A stretch of 64,000 bases of DNA from the NCBI GenBank assembly GCA_964016885.1, contig OZ024740.1, positions 394,506,001 through 394,570,000 of the forward strand, given 5' to 3'. The stretch is from Eledone cirrhosa. Taxonomy: Eukaryota. A program made the position numbers and the translations under genes. Positions 34,561 to 48,500 of the stretch are shown one piece after another. Positions within the stretch are counted from its first letter, which is position 1; every line of letters starts with the position of its first letter. Under the pieces are notes generated by a model. That model saw nothing but the letters and a program-made list of their open reading frames with translations. It was not told the origin of the DNA and searched no databases.

Positions 34561-34598
34561 TTTTCCTGAAGAAGGACTTCTGTCCGAAACATCGAAAA
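34561..34598 (+). ncRNA. Minimal type I hammerhead in a (TA)n-flanked island (about 34470-34686)
   Basis: TTTTC-CTGAAGA-A-GGAC-TTCT-GTCC-GAAA-CA-TC-GAAAA; stem III probably ACGT>ACAT. Confidence 0.72.
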
Positions 34599-34682
34599 CT
34601 CCTCCACTACCACCAAGCGTGAACTTATCTTTTACGTAACTGTGTATAAAATGCCTCCTGTGTTTTGTTTCTTTCATTTATC

Positions 34683-34766
<84 letters not shown>

Positions 34767-35072
34767 ACGGAATAGTAACTTTCACTTAATTGTTGCGAAA
34801 CAAATTAAATATTTGTCCGGGTATCACGGCTATTGCCAATATAGGTTTGTTTTTATTGATTTATTATTTTAAATCGAGACAGGCAAACCGTATTATTTTA
34901 ATTAGTATTTTTCAATCTAGCTAACTTGGTCATTTGCAATGCGAACACATGTATACTTGTATCAGTGTTTATCCCTTTCATATATTCATTTGTATTACAC
35001 GGCTCGGAAATATTCCTTTCTTTGAGCTATTTAATTTTAAAAGACTATTTTGAGTTTATAACTGTATATATA

Positions 35073-35157
<85 letters not shown>

Positions 35158-35164
<7 letters not shown>

Positions 35165-37629
35165 GTTAGGGTTTTTTTTACAAAATGAAAAATAACCGAG
35201 GTGTCCTACACGATTGAAAGTATAAAGAAAAAAAGATGAAATCGAAAATGCAACTGGAGTTTTTTTTAAATATATATATTTATTTGGTTGCTTTACCGGT
35301 TTCGCAGTTCTTCTGCTTTTCAAAAGTAGAGTTGAGATGGAAGGTCTGTGGTTTTTCTCACATCTGGTTGGTCTCTGAATGTTACTTGTTTTATAAGGAA
35401 AAAAGTGGCTCGAAACGCCAGGTTTTTAGAGAAGTAATTTGATTGGTTGGTCAATAATTATAATAAATTTCGCGCCAGTTCGCGTTAGAAAGTTCTTCAA
35501 ACAGGGGAGGGGGGGAGGGGGGGGAGGGTTGTTTTTTCATATATGAGTGTTTGAATTTCTTTTTACTTAAAAAAGGGGCTCATGAAAACTTTTTTTAATA
35601 AACGTAATTTGATTAGTTATAAATGAAATTATGGCTGTCATGTGAACAAGTTTTCATTAAATTTCCCGCCCTTATTTGGAAATCTATTCTGTAGCCTTTT
35701 TAGAGAATTTTATTACAAGCAAAAGATAATGGTCAAGAGAAATGGGATAGGAGAATTGTTCTGGTTCAGTGAATATGGTTAGTTCGCTGGGGTGTCAGAA
35801 TTCAGATTTTCTATTGAAATAAAGAAAGTAAACATATGTATGTTTATTTGTGTGCTTTTGTGTGTGTGTGTGTGTGTGTATTGGAAGATGATTCTATTAG
35901 TAGAAATGGGGGAGGGAGTTGTGTGTGTGTGTATATGGGTGTTTTGTGTGTGGGGGGGGAGTATGTTAAGATGGAGAGAATATATATATTTTGTGTGTGT
36001 GTATATATGTGTGTAGGAAAGTGATTCTATTAGTAGAAATGGGGGAGGGAGTTGTGTATGTGTGGGGTTGGGGGTTGTTATGTGTATGTATGGGTGTTAT
36101 GTGTGCGTGGGAGTATGGTTAGCATGTTAAGATGAATAGAATATATATGTATTGTGTGTGTGTGTGTAGGAAAATGACTCCTTTAGTAGGAATATTTTTG
36201 AATGAACATATTTTCCTTACTTATTCGTATTTGTTCTGTTGTATTGTCAGCGCAAACGTATGTTAAGATTTATTTAGTTCGGGTTTTTATTTTCTAAAGT
36301 AGCAGGTCTTATGTGTGTATGTGTCTGTTTGGATGATTAGCATGTTATGGTGTTGACATAATGTATATTAAACCATATTTAATGCTGGTCTATATTTTTG
36401 AATAAACATACTTTCCTTATTTATTCGTATTTGTTCTGTTGTATTGTTAGCGCAAAGGTAAAATGGGAAGACTTGGAATTTGGGTGTCTTATTACTTGCG
36501 CATATGTCTAGATATGCGCTTAGTGGTATCTGTCTCGTGTTTGGATCTCGTAATTGTTGGCGATAAACTGTCATTCTGTTTCTGAGTGTGAGTTTAGTTT
36601 GTCCTATATAATCTTCATTGCATCCTTTACATTTAATGGCATAAATTAGATTTTTTATGAGCAAGTGAAGTGATTTTTTACAGCAAAATTTAATCCTGAT
36701 TTAAATGTATACGTGTTGCTCTCAATGAGGTGAGTGCAGGTTCCACAATTAGAGCGACCACCTTTTTTGACAGTTGGTTGTGGGTTTGTGGTAGGTAATT
36801 TGGCATTGGTGAGTAATGTTTTCAGTGATGTCAGTTGTCTTTTGCTTTTGATTATTTTGTGTGTTTCAAGGGCTTTTTTCATTCTTGGGTCTTGTTTTAG
36901 TAGTGGGATGTTCTTGTGAATAGTGTTGTAAGCTTCCGCATTTATTTGGTTGTGTGTTGAGATATATGATAGCATATTGGACGTACCTTGAATTTGTTTC
37001 TGTTTTCGTAATTCATCAATCCCTAATGCTTTAGCTCTTTCTATTCCATTATTTATTAGTAATGGTGGGTACTCTCTTTCGAGTAGAATTTCCTTTAATT
37101 CTTGAAGTCTTTTATTTCGCGTTTCATAATTGGAGACAATTGTGCAAATTCTTCTTGCTAGGTTAAAAGGAATATTCGTCTTCGTGTGCTATGGATGGTT
37201 GGAGGTGAATAGCAGGTATTGTTTGGAATCTGTTGGTTTGTAGTGTATGTCAGTTTCAATATTTGGGTCTTTTTTTAGGATTAAGATGTCCAGAAATGGG
37301 AGTTGATCTTGGCTGTATTCCATTGTGAATTGGATGTGGTTATTGATGCCATTTATTAAGTTTTTGAAATCCTTCAGTTGGTCGAGTGTGTATTCTCTTC
37401 ATTTTAACATGCTAACCATACTCCCACACACACATAACAACCCCCACCCCCCACATACACAACTCCCTCCCCCATTTCTACTAATAGAATTACTTTCCTA
37501 CACACATATATACACACACACAAAATATATATATTCTCTCCATCATAACATACCCCCCACACACAAATAACACCCATATACACACACAAACAACTCCCTC
37601 CCCCATTTCTACTAATAGAATCATCTTCC

Positions 37630-37712
<83 letters not shown>

Positions 37713-38328
37713 GCACGCAAATAAACATACATATCTTTACTTTCTTTATTTCAATAGAAAATCTGAATTCTGACACCCCAGCGAACTAACCATATTCACT
37801 GAACCAGAACAATTCTCCCATCCCATTTCTCTTGACCATTATCTTTTGCTTGTCATAAAATTCTCTAAAAAGGCTACAGAATAGATTTCCAAATAAGAGC
37901 GCGAAATTTAATGAAAACTTGTTCATGTGACAACCATAATTTCATTTACAACCAATCAAATTACGTTTATTAAAAACAAGTCTTTGTGAGCCCCTTTTTT
38001 AAGTAAAATGAAATTGAAACACTAATATATGAAAAAACAACCTGAGTCCCCCCCCCCCCTTGTTTGAAGAACTTTCTAACGCGAACTTGCGCGAAATTTA
38101 TTATAATTATTGACCAATCAATCAAATTACTTCTCTAAAAACCTGGGGTTTCGAGCCACTTTTTTCCTTATGAAACAAGTAACATTCAAAGACCAACCAG
38201 ATGTGAGAAAAACCACAGACCCTCCATCTCAACTGAAAAGCAGAAGAACTGCGAAACCGGTAAAGTAACCAAATAAATATATATATTTAAAAAAAACTCC
38301 AGTTGCATTTTCGATTTCATCTTTTTTT

Positions 38329-38333
<5 letters not shown>
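35158..38333 (-). mobile_element. Older Neptune-type PLE, 5'-truncated, with about 920-bp inverted arms (35222-36143 vs 37391-38333)
   Basis: Remnant 36368-37390: LPFLD, YKPTD..YL..SNHP, IPFNLARRICTIV, LIY..CKGC..YIGQT, with stops and frameshifts. Confidence 0.88.
38233..38266 (+). ncRNA. Degenerate minimal hammerhead (mirror copy at 35290-35327, - strand)
   Basis: CTGAAaA-GCAG-AAGAA-CTGC-GAAA-CCGG-TA-AAGT; G8 changed to A in both arms. Confidence 0.55.
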
Positions 38334-38384
<51 letters not shown>

Positions 38385-38394
38385 ATATACACAC

Positions 38395-38471
<77 letters not shown>

Positions 38472-38476
<5 letters not shown>

Positions 38477-38920
38477 GGAAAAAATGAAACGAAATTTCAT
38501 TTCTCACTCTTAGTACGGCTGTTACTTAAATATAAGTATGCATACGTACATACATATATGTATACAGACGTACAGTAGTATGTATATATATATACATACA
38601 TGCACACATATATATATATCTACGTGTGGATTTACCGAACATTTATTATAATGCTCGGTGTGTTTGTAAACAAACATCCCGAATCAAGCCGTACAGTGTT
38701 TAGCAACCATCGTTGCCCTTTTGTTCAACACTGACAAAGGAACGATGTACTAGTTTCAAGCTTATTAGCTATCGTCAGCACCGTATACTTTCCTGCCAGA
38801 TGATTGTACGTCTGAAAGTATATACTTTCCTTATGCATATTAACGGCTGAGCAGCCTAATTTGAATATCGAGTGAGTTAATCGGCCGGGCGCACAGAAAA
38901 CGATAAACGGAAAAAATGAT
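38472..38920 (-). mobile_element. Solo pLTR-like non-coding element with 16-bp terminal direct repeat TAAACGGAAAAAATGA, in (TA)n
   Basis: Repeat at about 38472 and 38905; carries a hammerhead. Confidence 0.55.
38742..38784 (-). ncRNA. Minimal type I hammerhead ribozyme
   Basis: ACGGTG-CTGACGA-T-AGCT-AATA-AGCT-T-GAAA-CTAG-TA-CATCGT; palindromic stem III ACTAGT, GUA site. Confidence 0.8.
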
Positions 38921-38930
38921 ATATATATAT

Positions 38931-39541
38931 GGTGGTGGCTGCCAACTCGTTTTCGAGTACGGCCACTACTTTATATCCATGTAGGAGAACCCCTACCGAT
39001 GCGCTGAACAAGTGTGACTTTTTAGTCCAGCCAGCGACTTGAAAACTCTGGTACAAACACTACACTTGTGACAATTATTGACACATAGTGCTGGGCCCAT
39101 GGTACCATGTGATGACAAGTGCAGAGAGATCTCCAGATATAAAGAAATGCCTGTGCTGTGAAGCTTTTATGGTGAGCAAAGGCACTGCACAAAGCCAGTC
39201 CCACTTTCTTAACCAAGATGATATTTACCAAAAAGAAGAACAACTCAACATCATTGGATACCATCAGGTTTGCATGTGTTATATCAGAGTTTTCCTTCTC
39301 ATAGAATTCCGCCTTGACAAAGGCTAAGGGTTCATCTCTCCCAGTGATTTTGGATAGCCATTCACGCTTAAGAGCTCCTTTGCCCTTTGACAGGTTTTGT
39401 TTTTAGTCCTGCAGGATGTCCAAAGTCAGCCTTCTCACCAAGAAACGTTGGTGGGGTTGCCAGTTTAGTCGCCAACGACCCGACCATGAGACAGGTTGTA
39501 CTGGGATACATGTTACCAGTAGCACCAACTGGTGACCTGAC
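38931..39541 (-). mobile_element. 5' region fragment of an RTE-like LINE
   Basis: GAGAAGGAAAACTCTGA at 39284-39300 is a motif I recognise from RTE 5' UTRs; hairpin-rich leader. Confidence 0.5.
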
Positions 39542-40179
39542 ATATATATATATATATATATATACGGACAAGAGTTAGATATCAGAATATAAGCATGTAT
39601 GTGTATGTACGTGCATGGTCGTGCATGCAAATGCATACAGTAATGTCTGCTTCTTTTGAATGTGCATTTATCATAGAAACCTACTTGCATGTTGTCTTAT
39701 GTTACAACTTTAGAGAACAATCGCCTGCATTTTTTTCCTATTTATCCTTGCTTAGTCTCTTTATATATATATACTTTTTTTTTTTTTCGTCCTCGTATTT
39801 CTTTTTTTTGTTGTTATTTCTGTTCTTGATTTCGGATATATCTGTTCTCATTCTGGTGCAGTAGGTCAACTCCGAAGAGTTCCGATACATTATGTAGCAG
39901 TACATTTCTTACAACCTTCACCTCTACCCCACCACAATATCATCCATCAAATAGTCAAGACCTAGTTTTTCAACATGTTTCTCTTTTTCTTCTTCTTTCT
40001 GTCCTTCCGTACTCAACATTCTCTTCTTTGTTATAATTCCTGTCAATTTTTCTTCCTTCTTTGACTTTTTCACATTTTTTTGCCCTCATTTCTCCTCCTT
40101 TATAAACTCTACACTTCTCTTTCTTTCTCTTTTTGTTTCACTGACGCTCTAAATCTTCGTTTTTTTCCCACCACCTTCT

Positions 40180-41084
40180 CTCTTTATCCTTTTCCTTTTC
40201 TCTTTCTCTCTCTCTCTTTCTCTCTTTCTCTCTTTCTCTCTCTGTATTTTTTCAACTTCTATTTGTGCTTTCACTTCTCTTAACGCCATTATCTCTCTCT
40301 CTCTATCTATCTATCAATCTTTCTTACTATCTCCCCTCTCTCTCTTTCTCTCCCTCTCTCTAATTCTTACTCTCTCTTACTTACTCCCCTCTCTCTTTAT
40401 CTTTCTCTTACACTATCTTACTCTCTCTCTCTCTTTCTAACTCCCCTCCTCTCTCTATCTTTCTCTTAATCTCTCTCTTTCTTACTCTCTCTCTCTTTCT
40501 TATCACCCTCTCTCTGTCACCCTCTATCTTATCGTCTCCTATCTAATCTTTAGCTGTCATTCTCATCTCTATATCCCCCCTCCCCTTCCCAATTTCCAAT
40601 CTTAGACATTTTTGTTGCTGTCTTTTTTTTCTGTCTCTTCTCTGTTTATCTATTTACATTTCTTTCTCTTCCCCTTCTCTCTCTCTCTCACTCACAAACA
40701 CACACACACACATACATACACACACACATATACATACATACATTTATATATATATACATACATATATATATTCGCACAAATATACATACACGTACACATA
40801 TGAACAAACATACACACATACACACATATAAACATACACACATACACATATACGAACATACATACATACATACACTTATACATGCATACATACGTTCATA
40901 AATACATGCATAATACATTCATATTTACATACATTCATACATTCATACATGCATACATACATACATACATATTTACATACATTCATACATACATACATAC
41001 ATGCATACATATTTGCATACATACATACATATATATATGCATACGTACAGACATAAATAAGTGCATACATACATACACACATGC

Positions 41085-41130
<46 letters not shown>
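40180..41130. repeat. Degenerate (CT)n, (CA)n, (CATA)n and (TA)n tracts
   Basis: Direct reading. Confidence 0.92.
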
Positions 41131-41135
<5 letters not shown>

Positions 41136-41712
41136 TAAAAACAGACCAAGAGATAAAATGTCCTCATCAGTAGTCTGCTGATTATCGTTGGTATTTCGAC
41201 GCATTAAAGACTAGATACCTAAAATCAGTGCGAGCAATAACTCAATTTAGGTATCGGGACAGAGGGAAAACAGAGGGAAGGAAACAAACACATGGTAGTA
41301 TGCAACGCAAAGAGAGTAAAATAGAGACAAGTCAATGAGTCCTGTGGGCTTAAGTCCGACAAATCAAATTGACGAGGGGAAAATAGACACGTCCGAGCCG
41401 CGAGAAGATTGAGAGAGGAAAGAAATTCAAGCAGGTCAGACGGGAGGAAGTGAGAGAGGGGGAGAAGCAGAGAGGGAGTGAGTGAAAATGTGAGGCAGGG
41501 GCCAGCTGAGAGTGAGTGACCAGCAGCGGGAGTTGAGGAAGGCAAGAGGTGAAGGAGAGAGAAAAGGTGATAGCAGTAAAGTGACAGAAAAAATACGAAC
41601 CACAGCGAAGGGAAAAAATATGTGAATGAAGAATGGCGTGCTGCGTTGTTGCGAACATGAACATATGAATGAAAATAGACCAAGAGTAAAATGTCCTCAT
41701 CAGTAGTCTGCT
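41131..41712 (-). mobile_element. Non-coding element with 48-bp terminal direct repeats (534-bp period), flanked by (TA)n
   Basis: 41131-41179 repeated at 41665-41712. Confidence 0.75.
41157..41219 (-). ncRNA. Non-circularly permuted (pseudoknotted) hammerhead ribozyme candidate
   Basis: GGTAT-C|TAGTCT .. GTC-GAA-ATACC .. AGACTA-CTGATGA-G-GAC; stems III (5 bp) and I (6 bp) perfect, stem II 3 bp or more. Confidence 0.72.
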
Positions 41713-41832
41713 ATATATATATATGTATGTATATTCGTACAACTATACATACACGTACATATACGTACAAACATACACACATACATATACACATACATAC
41801 ATACGTTCATACATATGTACTTACATACATAA

Positions 41833-42290
41833 TGGAACCTGAAAATAAAAAGTGCCACCAAATTAAAGCACAACCGACCTGATGTTGTTGTTTGGGACCA
41901 CACGTTGAAAACGTGGTCTGTTGTAGAGATGAGCTGCCCACTTGATGTAAACGTTGTCAGAAAAATACAGGAGAAGGAGGACATCTACGGACCATTGATG
42001 AGGAGTTTACAAATCCAGTATCCAAGGTACACCTTTAGCTTCATACCCATTATTATTTGAGCTACGGGTTATATACCAACCCGCTTGGACCAATGTATAA
42101 CTGAACTTGGATTTGCGGACAAAGAGCGCAGCTCCCTAATTCATAGTCTACAAATGGCTGCGATGGTTGGCACCTTCAAAATTTGCAAAACATTCTTGCG
42201 ATTCAAGGGATGAAAATTTCTTTTGTTTTACAACCTTGCCACCAGGAAGGTGGCCGGTCAAAAATATACTCGAAATTAAGAGAAAGAGAG
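41833..42290 (+). mobile_element. 3' fragment of a third RLE (R4-like) family embedded in (CATA)n
   Basis: My translation: WNLKIK..KHNRPDVVVWD..VEMSCPLD..EKEDIY..IPIII*ATG..KICKTFLRF; stop 42211-42213; (CATA)n tail from 42291. Confidence 0.85.
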
Positions 42291-42680
42291 ACATACATAC
42301 ATACGAACATACATACATACAAACATACATACATACATACATACATACAAACATACATACATACATACATACATACATACATGCATACATACATACATAC
42401 ACACATACCAGCATACATACATACATACGCATATACATACATACACACATACACACATACATGCATACATACATACATACACACACACATACCTACCTAC
42501 ATACATACATACATACATACATACATACATACACACATACACACATACCTACATACATACATGCATACCTACATGCTTGCATATATACATACGTACATAC
42601 ATACGTATATACATACATACACACACACACACACATAAATACATACACACACACACACGCATACATACATATATACATAC
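42291..42680. repeat. (CATA)n tract
   Basis: Direct reading. Confidence 0.96.
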
Positions 42681-42961
42681 ATTACATCTTTAAGTATGTG
42701 TTTTTTTCCTATCCCAATCCTTACTCTTTCACTATGACTTTCATTCACTTTTTCTTCTCTCCACATTTCTCCTTTAGCAAAATAATTTTTTTTATTTTTC
42801 ATCACTCTTTCTATTGCATTATCTCTTATCTTTTTATAATGTTTTCATTTCTGAAATGTTTACTACCGCTACCCCGCCCCGGTCTCTCTTTTACCCTCTC
42901 TTTCCACGCCGCTCTCTCCTTCCACACTTTCTCTCTCAAACTCCTTGTCCGTCACACACAC

Positions 42962-43085
<124 letters not shown>

Positions 43086-43460
43086 ATAAAATGTGGAGAG
43101 GAAGCACGCGAGTTAGGATATATATATATATATATATATGAAAACAGGGAGAAAGAGACGATTATTAGGAAGAAAAATATATTTTTTTCCTTTTTTGTTT
43201 CTCTCTCTCTTTTTTCTGGGTTAGAAAATGATTAAAACGAAATGGTTTACTTTGTGTGAAGTGTTAAGGTATTAGTTGATTTATTTATTATTTAACAATG
43301 GCATTTATTTATCTATTTATATATTTAATATTTGTCTATTACAGGTTTCAGCATTTTTATGCATTATCAAATGATACTGAAATGTATTAGTGTGGTGTCA
43401 GACATGTTAAAGAGAAGGTGCAGAAAGAATAATCTTTTTTACAAACAAGGTTTATGATGT

Positions 43461-44028
<568 letters not shown>

Positions 44029-44366
44029 TGTTATACTTTGGGAGGGTCATGTTGCCAATAAGAAACGCACGCACCAGTTGCTTTCACTTCAATTTATTAT
44101 AATAAATTTATAGATTTAGGAATTTATAAATTTCCGGTTGGTTGGTTGGTTGGTTCCACAACCAGATGGTTGTTTATATATTGTCAAAGTTCTTTCGTCA
44201 CACATTCTGTGATCTCTTCAGTGACTGGGGATTATTTTCTTTGTTTTTGTGCCTCTCCTTTATTCTGTCCTACGCCATTTTGTTTCTGTGTGTGTGTTGT
44301 GTGCTCAGTCTGCGCATACGCCACATCCGGGTGTATGTGTGTGTTTATATTCGTTTATTTATTTGT

Positions 44367-45580
44367 TTATTTACATGTTACAGGTTGGTTGTTTGTTCTA
44401 TGTGCGTGTGTGTTTTCATTTTGTCCTTTATTGTAAGTTGTGATGTTGCTGTTCCACTCATATTTTCTATTTAATTTTGGTTGTATTTCTTTTATGTTTA
44501 TTGCCTCAGTGATTTGTCTAAACATTGCGTCTTTTCTGTGTGTAGATTCTATTTTTATTTCTATGTTCTCTAATTTACCCTTATGTTCTATTTTAGCATG
44601 TTGGTAGAGTACAGATGATTCTTTACTATCTTGAAGGTCTCGCCAGTGTTCATTTATCCGTTCCCCTACACTACGAGCTGTCTCACCTATGTACACTATG
44701 TTTTTGTCTCTACATTGTCCTTCAGTACATCTTATGCTATATACTACATTTCTAGTTTTACAGTTAATATGGGGGCTTAATTTACAGGTTATACATTTCT
44801 TATCTATACAGGGGGGTCTTTGAAAAGGGCATGTCTTGCTAATAAGTGTTTTTACGGAGGTACCTGGTCTTTCTACTATCTTAATATTGAGTTTATGTTT
44901 GTCTAGGGCCCTTCTAAATTTGTAAGATAATTCACCTCTAGGGGTTGTATCGATGAACATTACACTCTGGTATTTATTGCTATCATACCATGAGTTTATT
45001 CTATTAGCCTTATTCCTAGTTCTTTCTATTCTATTCCAAAATTTGCTCCTATACAAGGGGCAGGTCCCATTTGTGTCATTATTTACCATTTTTTCCCATT
45101 TGGTTCTGGCTCCTCTATACACTATTTTTTTATCTCTCTGATTGTAACCAGAGAACTGCATACGGTGGATGAAGTGTTGTATGTGTCTCTCTAGATCTTC
45201 GGGGTTGCACATGCGGGACACATTTCTCATCACCCGTACCAAATCCGCAATCAGTATGTTGATTTTGGTATGGTCCGAAACAGCTGAGTTTCGGTGGATC
45301 AGATATTTGGAAGTCATGGGTTTGGCATAATGGGAATGGAGGATTTGTTTTTTGTTATTAATGGTATCTAACCAGAGCTCTGTGTCTAGTACAGGTAATC
45401 GATGGTTGGGGTGTTTACTTGGGTAGTCTATAGTAACTCTAATACTCTGGTGGATGGAGTTAGCTATTTGCTGGATGCTTTCCATTGTGTTTTTCTCTAA
45501 TTCCTGACTGGTCTCTAGTGGGGGTGTTTTAACTACGATGTTTATATCATCAACGTAGCGGGAGTACATTATCAGGGTTA
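44367..45580 (-). CDS. Open C-terminal RT/GIY-YIG portion carried in the inverted arm
   Basis: 406-aa ORF matching the forward copy but without its lesions. Confidence 0.75.
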
Positions 45581-45585
45581 ATAAC

Positions 45586-48500
45586 ACCTCGAGAACTACA
45601 CTTCATAAAAGAATGTGCCTCGTCCCGAGTTTACACCAACACCATCAACACTGATGTAAGAAGATTACAACTCACCAAAAAGCAAGCAGATAGGCTAAAA
45701 CGAACACTAATTCTAAACATAAAAAAGAAGATCTATAGAGAATTAATTCATCAAGAAAAACATAAGCGTAACCTAATACAAGAAATAACTAAGATCACCA
45801 CACCAAGAGAAAAACTAATATTTATAAGCCTTATACGTCCTGAAGAACAGTACATTGCTCAAGAATGTGATAAGCACTTTAACAAGAAACTAAAGTGGCT
45901 TAAGCAGATAAAACTAAATCAGGATACTGTAGAGAATACCAATAGATATCCCGACAAAATTGACGGTATAAATATGGCCGGCATCTCATTAACAGATGAG
46001 TTCAACAACAACAAGACAAATATATACGGCAACACTGCAGTAGATCCTGATTAATTATCTGTATTACAACTACCACCGAAATATGCGACATTCAAGAAGG
46101 TAAATATGATTAGTTGTTTGTTAGAAATAGAAAAATTCATTTATTAAATTACGTTGGAGCCTCAAAAACAAAAACAAAAACAAAAGTAACAACATACGCA
46201 CACACTCACACATATACAACACACATCCCAACAACAACAGACACACAGACACAAACAATAATAACAACAACACACACATCAAGAATAATAACATACTCAG
46301 AAACAACAACAAAAGACACGCAGACACAAACAACAATAACAACACACACAACAATAATAACACACACGGAGACAACAACAACAACACACACACATTCAAT
46401 GCCTCTCACCACCACCACAATCTTAACAAACACACAGACACAGAAAACATGTAATAATAGTAGCACAAAAATAAGGGAAGGTAATAGGATTAAAAGGAGA
46501 AGGGAGACTATGGACAAAGAAAATAACCAAGACGAACACACAGACACACAAAATAGTGTAGATAATAACAATGAGCCAGTGGAAAGAGACAGGAGTAATA
46601 ATGAGAGACATAGAAAAACCATGAGGCTGTTGGTGGAAATAGAAATAGAAACAACACAACTAACAATAACAATAGCACTAGTACACATAAAGCAGCAGCC
46701 AGGAACTTTACTTTTTATAATCCCTCTGATAAGTCGTTCGACCTGCGACGAGTACACGCCACGACTTTACCATTTAACAAACGCACGCAATTGCCGTCGC
46801 AGGTCGATGAACAAACAGAAGCACAATTTAGTATAGCTAGATCCGAACTTAGAAATATTATAGAACAGTATAGCAAGAAGCATAATAGAATGGAGGCCCA
46901 GCAACTGGGAGAAAAGTCTGCAAATGGCTTGCGTAAGCTCATGCAGCGCTCGTGTAATGGAGAGATAGCATGCTTTCCATCAGACAAGTCTGGCAGAATG
47001 TCGGTTGACAGCCTGCCAAACTACATCCAGGCAATGCAACCCCACATCACCAACACAAGAGAAGTAACACCACATGAGCATGAGGATAGAGAAAAAGCCC
47101 TCAATGCCCATATGGTGATGTGGACGAATATAATGCAGCCCAACAAAAGGACTGCCAACAACTTCCAGGCATGGAACAATGACGTACCGGCGTTGTATGG
47201 GCTTCGAAAAGACCATAAAACGGGCAGTGACCCTGTCACGGGACCGCCAAAACGGCCAGTCTGTGGAGCTAACATTGCTAGTAACTACAGACTGTCCTAC
47301 TTCCTCTCCCTGATCATACGCCCCATTATTGAAATGTCCCCAGATGTACGTGACAGCACGGAGGACCTCCTCAGCAGAATCGGAGAGAGTAACCGATCTA
47401 GGGACCTAACAAACTGCATAATAGGTAGTATGGATGTTGTGTCCCTGTATCCATCTATTGACATGGAATTTGCTGTGGAGAAATGCGTAGAAATGATCAG
47501 TGAGAGCAATGTTGAGTTCCGTGGGATTGACACCAGTGAGCTGGGACTTCTACTTAAACTTACCTATAGTAATAATTACCTAGACACATATGACCTTAGC
47601 AACCTGTGCCCTACAAGACCAGCAAGAGGCAGACCACCTACCATTACCTCAATGGCCAAGAAAACCCACACAGATAGATGGAACGGGTGGACCAGAGCCA
47701 TACGGACCCCCGAAAACAACGATGAACTGAAGAAAATGATTGCACATGCGGTGGGGGCCAGCATAAAATTAACCCTTAAGGAACATATGTTCAAATTTAA
47801 TGGAAAAACATATGCCCAAGAGGAAGGAGCAGCCATTGGTGTTAGCATTGCAGGCGACATAGCTAACTTATTCATGGTATGGTGGGACAGTAGACTTAAA
47901 CTTAAACTTAAAGAACAATTAGAAGACCCCTTACCCCTGATAATGTACTCCAACTACGTTGATGATATAAACATCGTAGTTAAAACACCCCCACTAGAGA
48001 CCAGTCAGGAATTAGAGAAAAACACAATGGAAAGCATCCAGCAAATAGCTAACTCCATCCACCAGAGTATTAGAGTTACTATAGACTACCCAAGTAAACA
48101 CCCCAACCATCGATTACCTGTACTAGACACAGAGCTCTGGTTAGATACCATTAATAACAAAAAACAAATCCTCCATTCCCATTATGCCAAACCCATGACT
48201 TCCAAATATCTGATCCACCGAAACTCAGCTGTTTCGGACCATACCAAAATCAACATACTGATTGCGGATTTGGTACGGGTGATGAGAAATGTGTCCCGCA
48301 TGTGCAACCCCGAAGATCTAGAGAGACACATACAACACTTCATTCACCGTATGCAGTTCTCTGATTACAATCAGAGAGATTAAAAAAAAGTGTATAGAGG
48401 AGCCAGAACCAAATGGGAAAAAATGGTAAATAATGACACAAATGGGACCTGCCCTTTGTATAGGAGCAAATTCTGGAATAGAATAGAAAGAACTAGGAAT

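Noticed and set aside
34764-34822. Hammerhead-like GC-GAAA-CAAAT..ATTTG-TC
   Set aside because: CUGANGA box has two mismatches and stem I is absent; at best a relic
41160-41200. Conventional type II hammerhead reading with cleavage at ATC|AGCAG
   Set aside because: Gives only 2-bp stems I and III; the permuted fold gives perfect 5- and 6-bp stems
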